A stretch of DNA of 64,000 bases from Eledone cirrhosa (GCA_964016885.1 OZ024742.1:279868001-279932000); one strand, 5' to 3'; shown: positions 29,516 to 43,005, numbered from the stretch's first letter. Notes: generated from the letters alone by a model not told the origin. A program made the numbers and translations.

Positions 29516-29620
29516 TATGGTTAGAGAATTGGATTCGCAATCACGAGATTGTGAGTTCGATTCCCGGACCGGATGATGCGTTATGTCCTTCAGCAAGACA
29601 CTTTATTTCATGTTGCTCCT
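29516..29620 (+). mobile_element. tRNA-head SINE of a second family (related copies ~34030-34145, ~14470-14550, ~2378-2412)
   Basis: A-box-like TGGTTAGAG, B-box GAGTTCGATTCCC, then (T/C)AGCAAGACACTTTATTTCA. Confidence 0.6.
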
Positions 29621-30577
29621 TTTACATGGAGTTGTGACCGATATATAGTAGCAATTGGAAAGACCAATGGAAGCATTGCTTCCTCGATCCGATTTCTCGA
29701 AAGTCGATCGACTGTCGATAAATATTTTGAATAATATTAAAACTCCAGGAATATTTCCTTGTTGAGTGCTTTTAATCTTTTGTAAATCTGCATTCATTGA
29801 GTAATCAATGAACCATATTAATCTTTGATTATATATATATATATATTAGGAGTGTGTGTGTATATATATACACACATTTTAGTACAGCATTAACGAAGCT
29901 TTAGTTTGCGGCCAAGCTAACGAACGCAAATTCGGTATGTAGCTTTAGCACTCGAATAGGAATAGTACCCCAGAGTAATAACAATACGTTTAGACAGTTT
30001 AGCAAATAAAATATAGCGATCGGCAGTCCAGCCGCCTTACCACAGCAACGAAAATACAGGACTCAGGAAAAGATTTTAGACTGACCTGGACAGAACGCTG
30101 AGACCAAATGCAATATATAATGGATAACGTATAGCACACGATATACATCACATACAGCACACATCAGCGCTAGGTTTCTGCTAATCCAAGATCGAAAAAT
30201 TCCTCTTGCAGGGGTCTACAAATTAATGGTTTTTGGAGACAGAACAAAGGATTTACTTCTTCAGCAAGTCTTGTGTTCTTTAGCCTCTGCGGGTATGTTC
30301 TAGCAGTCAATTTCGCTATAGAGACATGGCTTTCTCCAAGGGAGGTAACCCCCGCTTTGGCGGTGAATTCAAATTTGAGACAAAGGAATGAAATTCCTTT
30401 AGACAAAACGAATTAAGCACTCAACCAGAAGTTATCAAACAAACATAAAGAATTAATCAATGAATAGAATCATCTAATTAAATTAATCAGTCAATCGTTA
30501 ATTCTAGGAGTTAAAATACAAATTTTAGTACAGCATTAACGAAGCTTTAGTTTGCGGCCAAGCTAACGAATGCAAAT

Positions 30578-30612
<35 letters not shown>

Positions 30613-30616
<4 letters not shown>

Positions 30617-30787
30617 GTTTCTACTTTTGGCACAAGGCCAGCAATTACCCAGTACATTATTGGTTCTTCATCGACCCCCGTAAGGATGAAAAGCAAAGTT
30701 AACCTCGACGGGATTTGAACACAGACCGTAAAGGGACGTAACTATGCTAGAAAGCATGGCGCCCAACCCTCTACCGGTACTGCCAAC
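30613..30787 (-). mobile_element. SINE
   Basis: Reverse complement of the core. Confidence 0.8.
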
Positions 30788-30802
30788 TCACTGCATATAT
30801 AT

Positions 30803-30998
30803 ATAACGAAGTGAGTGTGGTAAGGAACCGGGTGGACCATAACGCACCAGAGTACTCGAGACTTAGTGCAGTAGAGTGGGTAATAGGAAAAGAGTCAGGA
30901 ATCCCGACGGTCGAGCTCCGGCCGTTTTGATAGCTAGATCAGATCTAGCTGTCGAAACAGCCGGCACTCAGCCGTCGGGGTCCTTGCACTTTTTCTCA

Positions 30999-31000
<2 letters not shown>
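30803..31000. mobile_element. Family C hairpin element (related: 33527-33695, 31388-31500, 25981-26050)
   Basis: Terminus ATAACGAAG..GTGTGGTAAG; internal hairpin centred on AGCTAGATC-A-GATCTAGCT with outward-facing GTCGAAAC(A/G)GC; (TA)n flanks. Confidence 0.65.
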
Positions 31001-31076
<76 letters not shown>

Positions 31077-31497
31077 ATTGGCGGTTATCCAAACTGACTA
31101 CTACTGGCTCTGGCGGCCTTCGGGTCTTAAACATTTCTCACTATTTTTCAGCCCCTTGGATTGTCTACCATTATTATATTCCTTTATTAGATAATTTTTG
31201 TAACAACTGATGATGTCTCCAGGTTCATACGGAACATGGTCATTTAAATGTGCATAGTGGTTGTGATAAATCTTTGAAGGAATTTGCCCTGTCCAGCCTT
31301 CTGTCATTTTTCTAAATAATTGTATATATTATATATATATATATATTAGGTGTGTGTGTGTATATATATATATATATACACACACACGTCGAAACGGCTT
31401 GAGCTCTGCCCTCAGGGTCATACTTTTTCCTATTACCCACTCTACTACCCTAAGTATTGAGTACTGGTTCATCTGGTTCCTTACCACAATTCCTTCG

Positions 31498-31535
<38 letters not shown>

Positions 31536-31771
31536 TTGGTGTTGGATGCTTAAACCGTCCGTATGCGGTTGGCTGTTTGAGCACTCGATGCTCTCATAGA
31601 GCAGAGTATGATATCACAAAATCTGGTTCGTAGAATCAAGACGTATCTGAGGACCTTGCGATTTTCAGAATCAGGTTCGATCATCAGAGCGATCGTGCCA
31701 CAAGCTGATGGCCAGAGAAACGATTGTCCAATAAATTCCATACGTCGCAACACTGTTCTCTTTTTTTTTTT

Positions 31772-31806
<35 letters not shown>

Positions 31807-32254
31807 TCCTAATACGAACACAATATATTTTCAAATTAGCGATAAAATAACTTTGGCTAGGGTGAATAATGCATGAACGTTGTATGTAGAGGTTATAATG
31901 TATTTCTAATACTAATACATTCATAGTGGTCACTAAATTACATGGCTTATTATTTTCTCTTTTCTCCATACCAGCTGCGTGATAGTGAATCAGAAACACT
32001 CTGCAGAACCGGCTATATGTTAGTTGATCGAAGTGAACGAGTCTTTGTCCACATGCTGATTAGTTTTGGATGTCTGGTTAGTTTCGGGATGTGCTAGAAA
32101 TGTGTGTTATTATGGAACTGTGTACTACTAGGTTTATTAAAACACCTATATGACACACACACACATACACACATATTGGCAGACATTATATATGATATAT
32201 ATAGAGAGAGAGAGTGAGAGTGAGAGTGAGAGAGACAAAAGAGTGACAGAGAGA

Positions 32255-32476
32255 GAGAAATAAATACGTATATGCACATATAAAGTCACACACACATAAC
32301 TGAAAACGTTCCACAAATATATATATATATATATATACAGAGAGAGAGTGTGTGTGAGAGGGAGAGAGAGACAAAAGAGAGACAAAAAGAGAGAGAGAAA
32401 GAGAGAAAGAGAGAGAGAAATAAATACGTATATGCACATATAAAGTCACACACACATAACTGAAAACGTTCCACAA

Positions 32477-32480
<4 letters not shown>
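32255..32480. repeat. Local tandem duplication, ~160-bp period, bounded by microsatellites
   Basis: AAATAAATACGTATATGCACATATAAAGTCACACACACATAACTGAAAACGTTCCACAAATA occurs twice. Confidence 0.8.
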
Positions 32481-32556
<76 letters not shown>

Positions 32557-33272
32557 TTATAATAAGAATCATATATTTAAAGTCTCTGAAAAACCATTAA
32601 AAGTAGTAATGGCAGACGGTCTCATTATAATATTGGTACTTAACGTCCTACTCCTTTCATTCAGACATTTATATATGTACTCATGTTCTCAATGTCGCAT
32701 ATATATATGGCATTCCAATACTATCTTGACCACATTGCATAGTAATTCAAACATTTATCCATATATATATATGGGAAATTAAGTTGAAATTGTGATGATG
32801 ACGATGAAGATTATGATGAAGGTGAAGAAAGAAAGATAAGTGTATGTGTGTTTGATTTTTACCTTGACTTTTACCTATATGTATGTATACATGTATGTAT
32901 ATATGTATATTAAATTGTTAAACAATATTCAATGATTATGTGAAATAATGAGTTTTACAGTAGATTGGAAGCACTCAACGAGGAAAAATATTTTTCTGGA
33001 GTTATTAATATTAAAATATTAGTATTAATAAAATAGGTGTTCTTTTGATGAATTATATTTCATTATACATATTTCTGATGTACAACAGTACGTCCTCATC
33101 AGACAAAATATAATGATACATGACATACCCTGAGATGTTAAATGGTTAAGATTTAATCAAGGTACCTTGATCAAAAGAACATCTATTTTATTAATACTTA
33201 TATTTTAATATATATATGTATATATATATGTATATATATATGTATATGTATGCATATATGTATGTATATATG

Positions 33273-33346
<74 letters not shown>

Positions 33347-33409
33347 GTAATAATAATAAATGTGAAGACTGTTATTTTAATAAATATATATATATATATA
33401 TGTATATAA

Positions 33410-33529
<120 letters not shown>

Positions 33530-33929
33530 CGAAGGAAGTGTGGTAAGCAACCAGGTTTACCATAACGCACGAGAGTACTCGATACTTTGGGTAGTAAAGT
33601 GGGTAATAGAGAGCTCAAGCCGTTTCGACAGCTATTTCTGGGCTGTCGAAACAGCTTAAGCTCTGCCGCCGGGGTTCTAAGTATTTTCATATTTATATAT
33701 ATAAAGTATTTCTGTGGTAAATGTAAAGGAAAGAAGAGTACTCTACGTATAGTACAGAGCTATTTGTTGTGTAATAAACAACACAATATAATTATTACAT
33801 TACCCAAGGTTTCACGGAGTCAGACGATTCCAACAGAAGCGTCTGAATACGTTCATCAGATAGAAATCTTTATTTGGATATAAGATATCTTATATACAAA
33901 TAATTATATTGTGTTGTTTATTAAATAAT

Positions 33930-34016
<87 letters not shown>

Positions 34017-34817
34017 ATGAGGGCGGGGCTTCATGGTGGTTAGAGAGTTGTATTCACGATAAACGTGAAGTTCAGTTCGATTTCTGGACCGTGTGGTGCG
34101 TTGGGATCTTGAGCAAGACACTTAATTTCAGGTTGCTACAGTCCACGGGATATCAGAAATGCATGCATACATACACCTATAAATATATTCATAATCGCAT
34201 ACATACTTCTTTACAATGATGTACGTATACATACATACACATAAATACATACTTGTATGCATATATAAATACATATATATAGACATTCATGCATATATGC
34301 ATACAATACTTACGTACGTATGAATGTATACGTAGTCACGAATATAGTACGCGCTTATAATATATACCTAAGTACGAAGCACGAATCTTTAAACAAACCT
34401 AACGATAAACCTGTTAGCTGGAGAGCTGAAAGTCACGTTTCAATCCCTTAGCGACAAACATCTCACGGCCGATCCTGCTTCAGTCTAACTTTGCTAGATA
34501 TCTAGCTATTCTGTTTAATAACATCAATCGTGTCAGGCATCAAGCAACACCAAATAAAATCCGGCTAACAACATGTGGTGTCCATCCATTCACACACATT
34601 ACACCTATCCATCTAGCCAACTGTGTATGTATCATCCTATCTAGCCAGTATCATCCTATATCACGTTCGTACGAATAGCCGTCTGTTTATCTGCATAATC
34701 AAGCTAAACTGTTCATCTATCTCTCTATCTATTTATTTATGTATCTCAACTCTTTCTTTTTCTCTCACTCATACTTTCTCCCTCCTTCCTTCTCTCTCTC
34801 TCTATATCTCCCCTCTC

Positions 34818-34931
<114 letters not shown>

Positions 34932-34947
34932 TAGATAGATAGATATA

Positions 34948-35308
34948 TTTCTTTATTTACCATAAAGGCATAAAAAGAAGGGACAAATACAAAGGGGGGA
35001 GTTTACATAAAACCGAGTAAAAAGGGTATAAAATGAAAATAATCGAAAACAACCTCAAAAGGGAGGGGACGTGATGGGGGTTGCACACACCCCCGAAAAA
35101 GTGTGCAATATTTGCCCGGGGAGCACATGGAGAAGGTGCTCCCTTCTCCTTCACTTCTTTACCTACAGGATGGTATACAGAGAAGGCCCATTTACACGAG
35201 CCATTCTCGCCACTATCCCCCACCTTTCATAAAACTGCCTGTGGCCAAGCACCTCTCTCTCCATTCTTATCCTTCTTCCGAAGTGATATCGGAAGAAGTA
35301 GACCAGAC
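34948..35308 (-). mobile_element. 5'-truncated 3'-end fragment of a related Tx1-like LINE, in tandem with the full copy
   Basis: Clearly homologous but diverged copy of 35331-35735 (end of ORF2 plus 3'UTR, same AATAAA-GAAA end), bordered by (AGAT)n/(TA)n. Confidence 0.85.
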
Positions 35309-35592
35309 TATATATATAGAGAGAGATAAGTTTCTTTTATTTGCCACTAGGGCATCAAAAGTGGGACAAGTACAAAGGGGGGAGTTTACACAAAAAGGCG
35401 TCCTCAATAAGGAGGAGGCAATAACAAAATATAAAAATAAAATAAGATATAACAAAAAATAAAATTTTTAACAAAATCCTCAATAGAGAGGAGGCGCCTT
35501 GGGGGGTCGCACACACCCCCGAAAAAAGTGTGCAACCCTTTTCCTCAGGAGCACAGAGAGGGGTTGCTCCCTCGTTCCTTCCTCTTTTCCAC

Positions 35593-38500
35593 CTACAGGC
35601 TTATGTAAAGAGAAGGCCCATTCACACGGGCCATTCTCGCCACTTTCACCCACCTTTCATAAAAACGACTGGGGTGGAGCACCTCTCTCTCCATCCTGAT
35701 CCTTCTTCCGAAATGATATCGGAAGAAACGGACCAGTTGTTGGCCAGAGAGAAAGGTGCCTGACCTCAGTCCTTTCAGACGCGTCCACCATACAACCTCT
35801 TTCGCCATGGCTATTACGCACAGAAACACCGCCTCTGCTTCATCTTTGAAGGGGGGAGGCGGCTTGATCATTACAATAGACTCGGTGGTCAACCGGATCG
35901 GTCCCACCCTTGACAGCAGTTGTTCGACATAGCCCCACAGATCGGCTACGCCCGAGCAGTGTACCAATGCGTGTGCAACGGTTTCCTCGTCGCACACGCA
36001 TCTGGGACAGATCTTTTTGGCGGGGTCTCTACCCGGGCGCCCGTGTCTGTAGAGCCTTTCTCGAACGGGTAAAGCCCCTCGGTAGCACTGCCAGGCCAGG
36101 GACTTCTGGAAGTTGTCCATAGGTCCCGGGCTGAATGTCCTACCGAACAGGCCGGCCAGTTCGTCCTCCTCCATGTCTAGGGCTTCTCCGAGGGCGTCGT
36201 CGCACCTGCTGCGTACCAGCCCTCTATAGAATGTTGCGGTGGAGTCTCCACTGATAACCGGATCCGCCTGCCAGAGGACGGTGAGCGCCTGGGCACACTC
36301 AGTGTGCCAGGCGCCCAGTTTTCTCGGTCTTTGCTTGACCCAGGATTGCAGCTCGGTGAGTGAGACGAGTCTGGGAAAGGTTCGTCTCACAAACGAGGCC
36401 CACACCGGTTGTCCGGTGAGGAATACGTAGAGGTGCCGTAGCCTTAATGCGTGTTTACGCATCATTAGCCACGGCATCCCCAGCCCTCCTTTCGAAGGGT
36501 GTTGACAGCAGATGGATCTCCTCACCATAGGAGCCCGCCCCTTCCAAAGGAATTGGAAGAGCGCGCGCTCCATCTTGGTGAGGGTTTCCCTTGGGCAGGG
36601 CACTACGGTCAGGCGGTAGTAGATGACGGACGCTATATAAGTGTTCGCCACCTCCGCCCGACCTTTCAGGGATAGTTTGCAACTGGCCCACTTCTGGGTC
36701 AGTGCAAACACCCTGTTCGTAACCTCCGCCCAGTTTTTCTCCACCTGGAGGTCCGGTCCGAACCAGACCCCGAGCAACTTCACCGGGCCCTCCGTCCAGC
36801 GTCCGACGACGCCATCGGAGGGCATCGGTCTGCCCCTCCACGTGCCGAGTTGCAAACCGATCGACTTGTCCCGGTTCAGCTTAGCCCCTGTGAACTTTTC
36901 GTACTCCTCCAGTAAGGTGCCGACCGCCTCGATTTCGGAGGCCGTCGACACCATTACTGTCACATCATCGGCGTAGGCTGACACCGCTTTCCGCAATCCC
37001 GGTTCCAAAGGGATGCCCTGCAACAACTCCAACTTCCGCAGTAGTGGCTCGAGAGTCAACACATACAGAAGGGAGGAGAGAGGGCACCCTTGTCGGATGG
37101 ACCGCGCGATTTTGAACGGCTCCGAGAGGTAGCCGTTCACCTTGACCCTAGAGCAGATGCGGCTGCTGTGCATAGCAGTGATCCAGCCCCTGAAAACGGG
37201 TCCGAAGCCTGCCGCCGCTAGCACCGCATCCAGGTAACCATGGTCGACCCTATCGAACGCCTTAGATTGATCCAAGTTGATCAGAGCCCCACCAAAGCCG
37301 GGTTCGTTCCCAACCCTCTCTATGATGTATCGCATGAGGTGGAGGTTGTCATGGATGGACCTGGACGGGATAGCGCATGTCTGCGCATCTCCCACCAGGT
37401 TGCCCACGACAAGCGCCAACCTCTTTGCTAGCACCTTGGCCAAAATCTGTAACTCTGTATTTAGCAGAGTTATGGGCCTGAAGTTACTTATTTCGTCCCC
37501 CTTGTTCTCGTCCTTCCTCACTAGCGTGACTACGCCCTTGGTCACAGTACAGGGAATTTTCCCGTTCTGTTGCCAGTTGCAGTAGACCGCCTCGAGGAGA
37601 TCGGGGAACAAGTCCGGCATAGCTAGATATAATTCGTAAGGAAGACCATCGAGACCCGGGGATTTGCGTTTGCCGCATTGGCCCAGCACGTCCTCTATCT
37701 CAGCGGCCGAAATCGGCTCCTCGCAAGACTTCGCCTCCCTGTCCGAGAGGCGCGGCAGGCCGTCGAGGTATGGACCGAAGTCCACGTTTCCAACCGGCTC
37801 CCCGCCCCTCCCGAACAGTCGGGCAAAGTGCCTTTGAAAGGCCTCACACATCTGCTTAGGCTCAAGAATCGCCCGTCCATCCAGGTCTCGCAAAGACCGG
37901 ATGGTGGATTTAGTTCCACTGTTGGCCTCTGTCACGCGGGCCCAGCTAACAGCTTTGGCCCCCTCGTTCCCTAGAGCACGTATTTTACTTCGGACAACGC
38001 AGCCTTCGTGCTTCGCGTCGAAAAACTGGCTCAAAGCCGTTCTCGACGCTAGCACTCTGGCCACGTCGCCGCTTCTAATTGCCTCTTCTACTCTATCTAT
38101 TAGCTCCCTTTCCTTCCTATTCCTATCCGCAGCTAGAACCTTACTAAATTCAATGGAGACTACTCTAATCTCTCTCTTTAGAGATACCCACCACCTGCTG
38201 TTGACGATCGCTCCAGTCAACCGTTCCTTAACTAACGTACTAATCCGATTCCTGTAGGCTCTACTTGCCGGCAAGGACAAGTTGAGCTTCCAGTAACCGG
38301 GGCCCTGTCTATGCGTTCTATCAAGGTTGACCATGCAGGTCACCAACTTGTGGTCTGAATAGCCAACCATGAGCATTTCTGGACAACTTAAAAAGTCCCT
38401 GTCCTTATTTCTAACTAAAAATCTGTCTAGGTACGATCTAGATGATCCGCTGCGATTTGACCAAGACCAGGTTGGCACCGTCGGAAAATCTAGTCGAAAT

Positions 38501-39030
38501 CTATCGGCCAGGTCAAATCGGCCGAGTAACCCCTTGAGGCTGTTGCACCCCTCTCTATCGGGACATGCCCCTGCATAGTCCCAACGTGCATCCAGGATAC
38601 CATTCCAATCCCCCACTAAAAGCAGGGAACGGGACGTCCCTAGAAAAGACTCCAGACGCTGGAAAAAGTCGGGCTGCTCTGTCCCAAAAGGGGCATATGC
38701 GGCTATCAGCCTAAGGGCTCTACCTTCACCACTGCCAAGGTCCAGCACCACCAGTCGGCCCCCTGGGTCCAAGTGAACTATCTGTGTTGCAAGGCCCATA
38801 TGTTTTTGCAGCAGAACGACAACCCCACCCCCACCTCCGGGCTGACAGAGAGATGCGTGCATCTCAAAGTCGTCAAAGGTGGGGGCTAGCTGTCGCATGC
38901 TGCTGATCCGGGCCTCGCAGATAACCATCACATTTATAGATTGTGACCTGAGGTCATTTAGAAGCATTGCTTGCTTCCAAGACGAGCCCAGGCCACGCGC
39001 ATTTAGACACCCTACTCTTAGCACAGCCAT
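35593..39030 (-). CDS. LINE ORF2: apurinic-like endonuclease, reverse transcriptase and C-terminal CCHC finger (~1145 aa from ATG at 39030)
   Basis: Motifs VGCLNARGL, LVGDWN, YLDRF, SDH (APE); KSPGLDGL, FRPITLLN, LDQSKAFDRVDH, RQGCPLS, AYADD (RT); CPRC..ETVAHALVHC; uninterrupted frame. Confidence 0.95.
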   Translation of the reverse strand: MAVLRVGCLNARGLGSSWKQAMLLNDLRSQSINVMVICEARISSMRQLAPTFDDFEMHASLCQPGGGGGVVVLLQKHMGLATQIVHLDPGGRLVVLDLGSGEGRALRLIAAYAPFGTEQPDFFQRLESFLGTSRSLLLVGDWNGILDARWDYAGACPDREGCNSLKGLLGRFDLADRFRLDFPTVPTWSWSNRSGSSRSYLDRFLVRNKDRDFLSCPEMLMVGYSDHKLVTCMVNLDRTHRQGPGYWKLNLSLPASRAYRNRISTLVKERLTGAIVNSRWWVSLKREIRVVSIEFSKVLAADRNRKERELIDRVEEAIRSGDVARVLASRTALSQFFDAKHEGCVVRSKIRALGNEGAKAVSWARVTEANSGTKSTIRSLRDLDGRAILEPKQMCEAFQRHFARLFGRGGEPVGNVDFGPYLDGLPRLSDREAKSCEEPISAAEIEDVLGQCGKRKSPGLDGLPYELYLAMPDLFPDLLEAVYCNWQQNGKIPCTVTKGVVTLVRKDENKGDEISNFRPITLLNTELQILAKVLAKRLALVVGNLVGDAQTCAIPSRSIHDNLHLMRYIIERVGNEPGFGGALINLDQSKAFDRVDHGYLDAVLAAAGFGPVFRGWITAMHSSRICSRVKVNGYLSEPFKIARSIRQGCPLSSLLYVLTLEPLLRKLELLQGIPLEPGLRKAVSAYADDVTVMVSTASEIEAVGTLLEEYEKFTGAKLNRDKSIGLQLGTWRGRPMPSDGVVGRWTEGPVKLLGVWFGPDLQVEKNWAEVTNRVFALTQKWASCKLSLKGRAEVANTYIASVIYYRLTVVPCPRETLTKMERALFQFLWKGRAPMVRRSICCQHPSKGGLGMPWLMMRKHALRLRHLYVFLTGQPVWASFVRRTFPRLVSLTELQSWVKQRPRKLGAWHTECAQALTVLWQADPVISGDSTATFYRGLVRSRCDDALGEALDMEEDELAGLFGRTFSPGPMDNFQKSLAWQCYRGALPVRERLYRHGRPGRDPAKKICPRCVCDEETVAHALVHCSGVADLWGYVEQLLSRVGPIRLTTESIVMIKPPPPFKDEAEAVFLCVIAMAKEVVWWTRLKGLRSGTFLSGQQLVRFFRYHFGRRIRMEREVLHPSRFYERWVKVARMARVNGPSLYISL

Positions 39031-39054
39031 GTTGGTGGTAAAGAGAAAAGGCAC

Positions 39055-40705
39055 TTACCTCTCTGCGTCCCGGGAAACGGGCCGCTCAATTTCCATACTG
39101 GTTGGGGATGGGTTGTTGGGTGGGGTGGTGGTTTGTGGAAGTGAAGGGGCATCGGTGTGTTGTGGGGTTGGGGTGTTTGTCGTTGAGTGGGTGTCTGGGT
39201 GGGGTGGGGGGGTGAAATTTTTTAGGAGGACGCGGTCGATTGGTTTGGCGCAGGGGGGGCCCACGTCCTCCGTGAAATTTATTTTCAGTGTTTTGTACAA
39301 GTGCATTGGGACTTTTATCATTTTCAAATGAGGTAGTCCCACAGCAGTTATAAAGTTTGGCCCTTCAGTTTGGACCGAAGGGTTTGCTGAAATTGTTTTC
39401 CGTAATTCTTTGTTGTCTGTGTTCATGTATGTGTATTGTAAGGTCTTTTTTTGTGTAGCAGTTAGTGTTGTGTGACAGGGAGGGGTGGTTTGTGTGTAGT
39501 TTGTGTTCTCTTGGGGGGGGGGGGGTTAAAGTTAACATGTGTGTCTGTGGTGCGTCTCCTCTTCTTTCTTTTTACTTGTTGGAAGAGATCTTTTTCGTCT
39601 TGCGACGAAAGAGGTTCGTCTTCCTTGTTGGGTGGGAGGGGTATGTTTTCTGGTAGTGTTTGCGGTGTGCGTGTTTTTGTATTTGTTTTGGGTGGGGAGG
39701 GATTGGGTGGGACAGTATTCTGTGTTATTTTTTCACGTGTTTGTTGTTGTTGTTGTTGTGGTGGTGGTGGTGGTGGGGTTGTTGGTTTTTGTTGTTGTTG
39801 TGGTTGTTTTTGTTGTTGTAGTTGGGGTGGTGTTGGTGTTGGTAGCAGTGTTTTTTTCTGTGTGAGCTGGGGACAGGCAGCCCTCAGGTGACCTCTATTG
39901 CCACAGAGGTAACAGGAGGGACGCCTACCCTCCACAATAATGTTGAGGTGGGTACGGTCATCCAGCATGACGCGCTCAGGGATTTGGGCGATGCGTTCTG
40001 GCCTTATTTGGGTCAGAACTTCGAGGCTCGTTCCACTGAACGCGTCGCCGGATGCCTTCCCTATTGAGATGAGGTTGTCCTCGTCTAAATTGAGGAAACC
40101 GGTTAGTAACCACCAGTAGTTTATGTTTGGGGTGATGGTGGTTATCCATATCCTCTGGGTTTTTTTACCCATGTAGGTGGGGAAAAAGGTGTAGTGTGTG
40201 GACCGAATTGGCGACACAGAGTATTTTTTTGCCGCCAATTCGTCTTTCATCAATATGGATAAACTCCCATAGAGTTTATCCTTTTGTATGAAAGTGATGT
40301 CTCTCATCGCGTCTTTCAAGACTAACTGAGTTTCTGCTTGAGATGGTTGCGCTGGTTTCTTTGTTTTATTTAAAATTGTTCGGAATACGACAGTTCGTAA
40401 TTCCGTCTGTCTTTTTAGCTCCGGAGGTGAATGTATAGAAAACGATCCGTTTTCGCCAAAAGACACATATTTCTTGGCTTTTTCCAGCATTTCTTTTGCT
40501 TTTGAAATATCTTCCAGCACATAAGCGACTGATAATTTAGCCGTTTGTGCAAAAGATATTTTGTTTTCGTTTTGGATATTAGTATTGTTTTGTTTCTCGT
40601 CGTTTGAGTTGTTTTCATCTTTGTTGTTGTTGTTGTCTTTCTCGTTTCGTGTGTGGATACTTGTGACGTTTGTGTTGTTGTTGTTTTTGCTGTCTTTATT
40701 GTTGC

Positions 40706-40736
<31 letters not shown>

Positions 40737-40916
40737 GTTGTTTTCAAATTCTTGTGTAGTTGTGGCTACATCTAGTGGTCGGTCAACAGGTGAAGACAAT
40801 TCTTCCTCTCTCTGACCTCTGCCTTTGGCATCTGCTGCTGTGACAGTGGCAGGGGGAAGCTGTGAGTATGACTTCCCCTTTCCTTCTTTGATTGATGGTG
40901 AAGATGCTTCAGCCAT
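39055..40916 (-). CDS. LINE ORF1 (gag-like zinc knuckle), split by one frameshift in the C13 run at 39513-39525
   Basis: CYLCGNRGHLRAAC knuckle with N-, Q-, P- and T-rich low-complexity tracts; adding one C joins the 39462-40916 frame to the open frame ending at 39055 (~620 aa). Confidence 0.8.
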
Positions 40917-41943
40917 TTTTCTCAAAATAGGGTTTTTCGAAGTTTTTCGAAAGATAAAATGTTCACAATACTATTTCGCCCAAAGGCGCAGAATATTTTG
41001 AGAGACCGACCAGATCAAAATTTGACCTGGCAGTCCCTCTACAAAATGATACAAAAATGAAAGTTTACAGTTTACAATTTCCGTATGAATTTAAACAAAA
41101 ACTTACCGAGCGAGCTCAGCACATGTGTCCATCGTAGAGAGAGATAGATAGATAGAGAGAGATAGATAGATAAATATACACGGGTGTGTATGATTGTGTA
41201 TAGAAGATTATATTAATAAAAGGAATTCCAACTTTGTCTGATTTACTCGTTTTATTTACAATCCTTTAAAATCTATAAGGGTATTAGAATGAAATAGTAT
41301 GGTAGAATATTAAATGTTAAGTGTTAATTGAACAAGTACTTTTATGCTTTCGCAATCTTCAGGTTCAAATTGTTTGATGACAGTCAAGTTTGCAATTTTT
41401 AACTGTAATGAGATGGGTAAATTTTGTGCCAAATATACAGTGAAAAGTGGCTCCAGAATGCTAAATCTTGCAAACTGTATTTCGACCAATCTGTGTGTAG
41501 TTTCACTGGATTACTAAAGCTGATTAGTTTAGGCGTCACTGTTGTTTGAACATGTCGAACGACTACTAATTGACCCTATCCAAAGCATCAATTATTTTGC
41601 TATTTTTTGGAAATGATGAAAATAGCATTTTCTAGTAATCATCACCATCAACATCACTTTTATTGTTATTATTGTTGTTGTTGTTAGTGGTCGTAGTCAT
41701 AGTCATAGTAGGATTAATAATCCATTATTTTTGTTCATTTAGCTTGGGTTTGAATTTACCAATAAAATTATTTTCTTTGATTTTTCTCTTGATTTCACTT
41801 GGGCTGTGTAATTTGTAGAATGGGAATATTATAAATATTCCCTGACCACATGTTGCTAGATGGTTACTTAGGGGTATCTGACGGACATTTGGGTCTCTGA
41901 TTTCACAATGCTACCCCTAGTTATGTCTCTATATATATGTACA

Positions 41944-42045
<102 letters not shown>

Positions 42046-42233
42046 TAAAATCCCGACCACGGTACCAAGCTGTGTGAGCGTGTGTGTTCAATAAGCCTTT
42101 CAAAATGCTTGCTGAACCTACCTGTTGAAAACACTTGGCACAACGGAGGGGATGTTACATATCTCTATACGCATTCTACATCACCCCATGTATCGATTAC
42201 TCAGATAATTAGTGGTCTCAGCACAGCATACTA

Positions 42234-42265
<32 letters not shown>

Positions 42266-43005
42266 CAAAATTAAATTAAAGGTTGTCATGTCTGAGAGAC
42301 ATGCGCCATATTCACTGCAGTATAAGCTCAAAGATTCCAATGAATAGATCCGACCATTTTATATCAACTAGAAATAGATTGACATATATATATATAAAAT
42401 AAACATATGAAACAATCACAGGGAATAATTTATAAAGTGTGTAAGCACACATAGCTAGGTATGTAACTAATTAAAGTTTAACTAGAACTTCAAATATTAA
42501 AATGATTAATCTCCTTTGTATATATTTCTTTAAAAAAAAATATATTTCTCCAATTAATCAGTAAATCACAGTAGTAAAATCCCAGATGGTCATCAAAGAA
42601 GATCCAACGATCTGTGTTTACACAGCAAATGCAAATCTGTGAATGACTGGTAACACGTGTTGCATTTTTTAAAAAGCACACACACCGCACATCGTCATCC
42701 CAGTGGCATGAATAGGATTATCGACAGCTAGAAATAGCAGCCGAGTCCATTCACAGATTTGCATTTGCTGTGTAAACACAGATGGTTGGATCTTCTCCTT
42801 TGGTGACCATCCAGATTTGACTACTGTGATTTACTGATTAATTGGTGAAATATATTTTTTTATTTAAAGAAATATATACAAAGGATATTAATCATTTTAA
42901 AAGGTATCTATATTTGAAGTTCTAGTTAAACTTTAATTATTTACCAACCTAGCAATGTGTGCTTACACACTTTACAAATTATTCCCTGTGATTGTTTCAT
43001 ATGTT

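Larger units (their letters stand above)
35329..41134 (-). mobile_element. Near full-length L1/Tx1-clade non-LTR retrotransposon
   Basis: ORF1 plus ORF2 (APE-RT-CCHC); 3' end AATAAAAGAAA; flanked by the direct repeat TAGAGAGAGATA at 35317-35328 and 41135-41146 inside an (AG)/(AGAT) microsatellite. Confidence 0.92.

Noticed and set aside
31550-31760. Possible piggyBac transposase remnant (LW...RTRFCDII)
   Set aside because: Similarity too weak; no TIR or TTAA found
35910-39891. Plus-strand ORFs overlapping the LINE
   Set aside because: Antisense shadow ORFs of GC-rich coding sequence
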